A stretch of DNA of 64,000 bases from Thermoanaerobaculia bacterium. Its GTDB lineage: Bacteria > Acidobacteriota > Thermoanaerobaculia > Multivoradales > Multivoraceae. This document shows, piece after piece, positions 57,418-64,000 of this stretch. The notes under the pieces were generated by a model. That model was not told the DNA's origin. It saw only the letters and a list, made by a program, of their open reading frames with translations, and did no database searches. The stretch is taken from NCBI GenBank assembly GCA_963666565.1, contig OY762911.1:1696001-1760000 (forward strand). The letters run 5' to 3'. Position numbers and translations under genes: made by a program. Each line of letters starts with the position of its first letter. Within the stretch, counting starts at the first letter, position 1.

Positions 57418-58907
57418 TTGCGCCCGGATCGAAGACCGCGGCGCCGGTACGCGTCCGGGTGGCGCCGTCGCCGACCGGCGACCCCCACGTCGGCACGGCG
57501 TACCAGGCGCTGGTCAACCTCGCCTTCGCGCGCAGACGCGGCGGCACGTTCGTGTTGCGGATCGAGGACACGGACCGTGCGCGCTCGAGCCGCAAGTCGG
57601 AGGCGGCGATCGTCGAGGCTCTGCGCTGGCTCGGGCTGGACTGGGACGAGGGGCCGTACCGCCAGAGTGAGCGGCTGGACCTCTACCGCTCGGAGGTCGA
57701 CCGCCTGCTCGCCGTGGGCAGCTCCTATCGTTGCTTCTGCACCCGGGAGCGGCTCGACGAGATGCGCCGCGAGAACCGTGCCCAGCAGCGCTTCCCGGGC
57801 TACGACCGCCGGTGCCGTGACCTGCCGGCAGCCGAGGCCGAGCGACGGGCGGCGGCGGGGGAGCCCCACACGGTCCGCCTGGCCATGCCGACCGAGGGCG
57901 AATGCGTCATGCAGGACCTCCTGCGCGGCGAGATCCGCCGCGAGTGGGAACTGATCGACGACCAAGTCATCCTCAAGGCCGACGGCTACCCGACCTACCA
58001 CCTCGCATGCACCGTCGACGACCACGAGATGGCGGTCAGCCACGTGATCCGCGGCGAGGAGTGGATCAACTCGCTGCCGAAGCACCTGCGGCTCTACGAG
58101 GCGCTCGGCTACGAGCCGCCGGTCTTTTGCCACCTGCCGCTGCTTCGCAACAACGACGCGAACCGCTCCAAGCTATCCAAGCGCCGCAACCCCACCTCGA
58201 TCACCTGGTTCCGTGACGCCGGCTTCCTGCCCGAGGCGCTGCTGAACTTCCTGGGACTGATGGTGTCGAGCCGTGGGGAGGGCGAGGAGAAGTTCAGCTT
58301 TGAGCAACTCGTCGACGGCTTCGCCCTGGAGGACATCTCGCTCGGCGGCCCCGTCTTCGACCTCGACAAGCTGCGCTGGCTGAACGCCCGCTACCTGCGC
58401 GAGGACTACGACGCGGCCGGCCTCGCCGGTCTGGTGCGCGAGTGGTCTATGGGGCAGGAGCGTCTGGCCGGAATCGCCGCCCTCGCCCAGCCGCGGCTTG
58501 AGACGCTGGGCGACTGGGGACGGTTGACGAACTTCCTGTTCGTCGACGCGCCCGAAGTCGACCGCGAGAAGCTCGTCGTCAAGGGTCTGGAAGAGGCCCG
58601 GATCGCCGAAGCGTTTCAGTTCATGCTCTGGACGCTGGAGCGCGAACAGGAGTTCACCGCCGACGTCGTCCAGGGCCACTTCCGTCGCCTGTCCGAGGCC
58701 CTCGGCATCAGCCTGCGCAACCTGACCCGCCCCTTCTACGTCGCCATGTCGGGCGAGACGGCGTCATTGCCGCTGTTCCAGTCGATGGAGATCCTCGGCC
58801 CCGACCTCGTCCGCGCCCGCATCCGCCGCGCCATCGAGGCGCTGGGCGGCATCTCGGGCAAGCGGCTGAAGAAGCTGCAGAAGAGGTTTGACGAACTCGG
58901 CGGGTAG
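57414..58907 (+). CDS. gltX: Glutamate-tRNA ligase
   Basis: RVAPSPTGDPHVG, LRIEDTD, PYRQSER, YPTYH, HVIRGEEW, KLSKR. Confidence 0.95.
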   Translation: MIAPGSKTAAPVRVRVAPSPTGDPHVGTAYQALVNLAFARRRGGTFVLRIEDTDRARSSRKSEAAIVEALRWLGLDWDEGPYRQSERLDLYRSEVDRLLAVGSSYRCFCTRERLDEMRRENRAQQRFPGYDRRCRDLPAAEAERRAAAGEPHTVRLAMPTEGECVMQDLLRGEIRREWELIDDQVILKADGYPTYHLACTVDDHEMAVSHVIRGEEWINSLPKHLRLYEALGYEPPVFCHLPLLRNNDANRSKLSKRRNPTSITWFRDAGFLPEALLNFLGLMVSSRGEGEEKFSFEQLVDGFALEDISLGGPVFDLDKLRWLNARYLREDYDAAGLAGLVREWSMGQERLAGIAALAQPRLETLGDWGRLTNFLFVDAPEVDREKLVVKGLEEARIAEAFQFMLWTLEREQEFTADVVQGHFRRLSEALGISLRNLTRPFYVAMSGETASLPLFQSMEILGPDLVRARIRRAIEALGGISGKRLKKLQKRFDELGG

Positions 58908-58911
58908 TGCC

Positions 58912-59106
58912 CTATGCGTAGCCGCCCGCCGCCACCCTGTCGAGATGGGCGTGGACATGTTCGGCCCTTCCCTCCCGCAGCAGCAGGGCCGCAGTTGCGC
59001 CGGCGAAGCCCGGCAGCGGCTCCGCGCGAAACCAAGCGTAGGCCGCGAGCGTCGAGCCAGTCTCGGCTTCGACTCGGTTCAGGATCTCCACCATCTGGCG
59101 GAGACG
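58912..59106 (-). pseudogene. 5'-truncated Xre/MbcA/ParS-type antitoxin C-terminal remnant
   Basis: RLRQMVEILNRV...AYAWFRAEPLPGFAGATA..LLREGRA...GGYA; no HTH N-terminus or toxin partner. Confidence 0.65.
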
Positions 59107-59209
59107 GACCTTTGCGGGAACAGGTCGAAGACCCGCTCTGCCCAGGCGCAGGCGCCAGCGGCCCGGTGACCGCAACGCACGGGCGTCGGTGGACGGTTCG
59201 ATCGGAAAG

Positions 59210-59231
59210 AGCTAAAGTAGCTCCTTTAGCT
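59210..59231. promoter_or_regulatory. Palindromic operator upstream of the Phd antitoxin
   Basis: AGCTAAAG-N6-CTTTAGCT, AT-rich, about 20 bp before ATG. Confidence 0.6.
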
Positions 59232-59250
59232 GCTGCCAGCGTACGTCTTC

Positions 59251-59502
59251 ATGCAAGTCACCACCGCCCGGGAAGCCAAGAACCGATTCGGACAGTTGCT
59301 GGACCGTGCGCAACGCCGTCCCGTCGCCATTTCCAGGAACGGTCGCGCGGTGACCGTCATGTTGTCGGTCGAGCAGTACGAGCGGCTTCGCGGCGCCGCG
59401 TGGGCCCGGTTGGCCGGCATCATGGACGCCATGTCGGCGGAAGCCGCGGCCAACGGGCTGACGGACGCGACGCTGGAGGCGCTCCTTGCCGACGAGAGCT
59501 GA
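59251..59502 (+). CDS. Phd/YefM family antitoxin
   Basis: TAREAKNRFGQLLD...PVAISRNGR..VMLS.EQYE. Confidence 0.88.
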   Translation: MQVTTAREAKNRFGQLLDRAQRRPVAISRNGRAVTVMLSVEQYERLRGAAWARLAGIMDAMSAEAAANGLTDATLEALLADES

Positions 59503-59653
59503 ACGGCTCGTCGTCGACACGAACGTGCTGATCAGCGCCGCGTTGCGAAGCGACACCCCGCCGCGGCAAGTGCTCGATGCCGTGCCGGGCATGCATCCGT
59601 TCCGGAGCATTCCCATCCTCGACCCGGCTGCGTTTCTGGCCGAACGGGCGTGA
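59492..59653 (+). pseudogene. PIN-domain toxin remnant (start ACG, internal deletion)
   Basis: RLVVDTNVLISAAL joined directly to HPFRSIPILDPAAFL; only 53 codons. Confidence 0.8.
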
Positions 59654-59741
59654 GGGGGAGGCTTGCCGTCCGGCCGGCGAGCTGCAAGTCGGAGGACGGC
59701 GCGCCGGAAAGGCGCCGGCCCTCCGAAAGCCGTGCCAGGCC

Positions 59742-61445
<1,704 letters not shown>

Positions 61446-61508
61446 GGCGGCGGGGCGAGGCGGAATGCTGCGAAGCAGCGGAGGTTATCGCGCCTGGTTG
61501 CGCGTCGT

Positions 61509-62228
61509 TTAGCCGTCGAACCGGTAGCCGATCCCGTGAACCGTGACGATGAACTCCGGCTTGCCCGGGTTCGGTTCGATCTTCTGCCGCAGAGACGACA
61601 CGTGGACGTCGACGGTGCGGGTCGCCGGCGTCGCGTCGTAGCCCCAGACCTCGTCGAGCAGGCGGTTTCGGTCGTGGACCTCGCCGCGGTGCTCGATCAG
61701 GAACTTGAGCAGGCGGTACTCGAGCGCCGAGCAGGCGACTTCGGACTCGGCGCCGTCTTCGCCGCTGCGCCAGACCTGCGCGCGGTCGAAGTCGACGCGG
61801 ATGTCGCCGAAGCGGAAACCGTGGGCGTCGCCGGCAGAAGTCGCTGAGCCGGGCGTCTCTGCCTGGCTTCGCCGCAGCAGCGCTTCGATCCGCGCGAGCA
61901 GTTCCAGCGTCTCGAACGGCTTGGCGAGGTAGTCGTCGGCGCCCAGCTTCAGCCCGAGGACGCGGTCGACGAGTTCGTTGCGGGCGGTCAGCATCAGGAT
62001 GGGGACGGCGATGCCGTCCCGGCGAAGGTCGCGGCAGACATCGAAGCCGTTCTTGCCGGGCAGGTTGACGTCGAGCAGGACGAGGTCGAAGTCGCCGTCC
62101 ACGGCCAACCGCTGGCCCGAGGGGCCGTCGCCCGCGACCTCGACCTCGTAACCCTCGGCGGCCAGCCGGTCGCTCAACGTGCGGGCGAGGCTCGGCTCGT
62201 CCTCGACCAGGAGCAGGCGTGCGCTCAT
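61509..62228 (-). CDS. OmpR-family response regulator
   Basis: LVEDE, LLDVNLP, MLTA, GADDYLAKPF, RTVDVHV, TVHGIGY; ATG 62228. Confidence 0.93.
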   Translation of the reverse strand: MSARLLLVEDEPSLARTLSDRLAAEGYEVEVAGDGPSGQRLAVDGDFDLVLLDVNLPGKNGFDVCRDLRRDGIAVPILMLTARNELVDRVLGLKLGADDYLAKPFETLELLARIEALLRRSQAETPGSATSAGDAHGFRFGDIRVDFDRAQVWRSGEDGAESEVACSALEYRLLKFLIEHRGEVHDRNRLLDEVWGYDATPATRTVDVHVSSLRQKIEPNPGKPEFIVTVHGIGYRFDG

Positions 62229-64000
62229 GGAGCGTTCGCCGGCAGCACGACGCGGAACGTCGTCCGGCCGGGCTCGCTGTCCACGGCGATCGAGCCGCCG
62301 TGCTCTTCGATCGTGCTGCGGGCGAGGCTGAGGCCCAGGCCGGAACCGGGCAACGTGCTCTCGGTTGCCGCCCGGCCGCGGACGAAGGGCTCGAAGATGC
62401 GCCGCTGCTCGGCCTTCGGGATGCCGGGACCTCCGTCGGTGACGGAGACGACGACTCGTTGTCGGCCGGCGTCGCAACTGGCGACGACCCGTACCCGCGC
62501 GATGCCGTCGTCGCTCCGGCCGTACTTCACCGCGTTATGCAGGAGGTTCAGGAACACGCGAATCAGGGCGCTGCGGTCGCCGCTGACCGTCGGTAGATCG
62601 TCCAGTCCGTCGACTTCCAGTTCAACGCCGTTCTCGTCCACGAACCAGTTCGATTCGGCGATTGTCGTGCGCAGCAGTTCGCTCAGGTCGATCTCGACCG
62701 GGGCTTTCCGCGCCGAAGTCCGGCCGATGCCCGCCCACTGGAGCGCCTGTTCGACCAGCCGCATGAGTCGGCGCCCCTCGCGGTCGATGAGTTCGCCGTA
62801 GCCGCGGACATCCTCCGGCTCGCGGACGACGCCGGCACGCAGGTTCTCGCCCGCCGAACGGATCGCCTGGAGCGGCGTGTTCAGTTCGTGGGACACGCCG
62901 GCCACGAAGTCGACCTGCTGCGCCGCCAGCGCCCGGGCCCGACGGGCGGAGACCAGGACCAGCGCGAAGGCGACGCCGATCAGGAACAGGGCGCCGGAAC
63001 TGATGTAGAGGTTGCGCCGGCGGGCCGCCTCCGTGGCGGCTTCGAGCGATCCTCGGCGGTGCGTGATGCGCACCAGCCAGGCGCCGTCCGTCAGGTCCGG
63101 TTCGGCCGCGCCGCCCCGACGCGCTCGCTCGCCGAACAGGAAGAGACGCCGGTCGTCGCGGTCGATCGGTCGGAAGTCCGGCCCGTCGCGGCGTTCGGGG
63201 AACGGCCGCGTCCGAAGCGCCCGGAACTCGATGTCCGCGGTTCCGGATGGGTTCCTGGACGTGCGCCCTGGAGGGCTGGCCGGCTCGGGATAGAGATGGC
63301 GCGGCGCGGGACCGGACACGTCGGTCACCGAAACCAGGTACGGCGGCGCCTCGCCTGGAGACCCGGCGCCGAAGTGGTGTTCGATCAGCGCGGGCAGCAT
63401 CTCCCGTTCGAGCACCGCGACGTCCAGGCTGGCCACGATCAGGGTCGCCCGTGGGCCGGGCCGGCCGCCGGGTGTACGGGCGGGGACCGGAATCACCAGT
63501 CGATCCGGACGGGCCTCGGGCGGGTGGCGGTCTGGCGGCCGCAAGGGGCGAACCAGCTCGTTCAGGTCGTCGGGTCCCGGGTCCGGCTGCAATCGGCCGC
63601 TGTCCTCGTCGAGCCGGGAGGCGACGAGCGTTCCTTCGCGGCGGTCGGCGAAGACGATCCAGGTCTCGTCCAGAAGGTCCGGAAAGGCGGCGATCTCGCG
63701 CCAGTCCCGTACGGCTCGCGCGACCAGCACCTCGGACGATTCCGACGCGCCGCCCCGGCCACGGCGCGGATCGTCCCGGGCCGCAAGCCAGGCCCCTGCC
63801 GCGGCCGTTCGCCGACCGATGCGCTGGAAGGAGGCATGGAGCTGAGCCAGCGGGGCGTCGATGTCGTTGGCGAGCAACCGGCTCGACTCCTCCAGGTTCG
63901 CCCGCATCCGCTCGTTGGCGGCGGTGCTCAGCTCGCCGGTCCAGCGGTACTGCAGGACGGCGAGCGTCACGAGCAGCAACGAGGCGGCCACCGCGACGAA
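62225..64000 (-). CDS. Sensor histidine kinase (5' end beyond the window)
   Basis: Two TM segments; VSHELNTPL, NLLHNAVKY, DGGPGI, IFEPF, GSGLGL. Confidence 0.92.
   Translation of the reverse strand, partial: FVAVAASLLLVTLAVLQYRWTGELSTAANERMRANLEESSRLLANDIDAPLAQLHASFQRIGRRTAAAGAWLAARDDPRRGRGGASESSEVLVARAVRDWREIAAFPDLLDETWIVFADRREGTLVASRLDEDSGRLQPDPGPDDLNELVRPLRPPDRHPPEARPDRLVIPVPARTPGGRPGPRATLIVASLDVAVLEREMLPALIEHHFGAGSPGEAPPYLVSVTDVSGPAPRHLYPEPASPPGRTSRNPSGTADIEFRALRTRPFPERRDGPDFRPIDRDDRRLFLFGERARRGGAAEPDLTDGAWLVRITHRRGSLEAATEAARRRNLYISSGALFLIGVAFALVLVSARRARALAAQQVDFVAGVSHELNTPLQAIRSAGENLRAGVVREPEDVRGYGELIDREGRRLMRLVEQALQWAGIGRTSARKAPVEIDLSELLRTTIAESNWFVDENGVELEVDGLDDLPTVSGDRSALIRVFLNLLHNAVKYGRSDDGIARVRVVASCDAGRQRVVVSVTDGGPGIPKAEQRRIFEPFVRGRAATESTLPGSGLGLSLARSTIEEHGGSIAVDSEPGRTTFRVVLPANAP

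Overview
GC-rich bacterial window. The repeated C-terminal domain of two secreted metallopeptidases suggests Acidobacteriota (Thermoanaerobaculia-like), possibly a marine or sponge-associated lineage; this is inference only. The core genes are trehalose metabolism (GH15, otsB, otsA), a reductive-dehalogenase-family Fe-S protein, msrP, ampG, glcDE, a haem cluster (hemC-D fusion, hemL, hemF, hemH, hemA, hemE, hemY), an ACE-like M2 peptidase, xth, ferritin, mdh, galE, gltX, glnS and a two-component system. Accessory parts: (i) a MORC/GHKL ATPase plus PLD nuclease pair at the left edge; (ii) a candidate defence island at about 16.0-23.8 kb, with an exact 7 x 23-bp array running into the start codon of an AAA+/DUF4143 ATPase-nuclease, followed by a wHTH-like gene, an uncharacterised GHKL ATPase, an IS and a convergent SPPY-type DNA methyltransferase; (iii) a RES toxin-antitoxin pair inside the haem cluster and decayed TA genes between gltX and glnS; (iv) a scrambled Ig-repeat surface protein and two tandem M12-like peptidases; (v) a dispersed REP-like hairpin family with compensatory stem changes that also sits in-frame inside genes. 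I recognised no rRNA, tRNA or CRISPR-Cas. All calls come from motif recognition by eye, without database searches.
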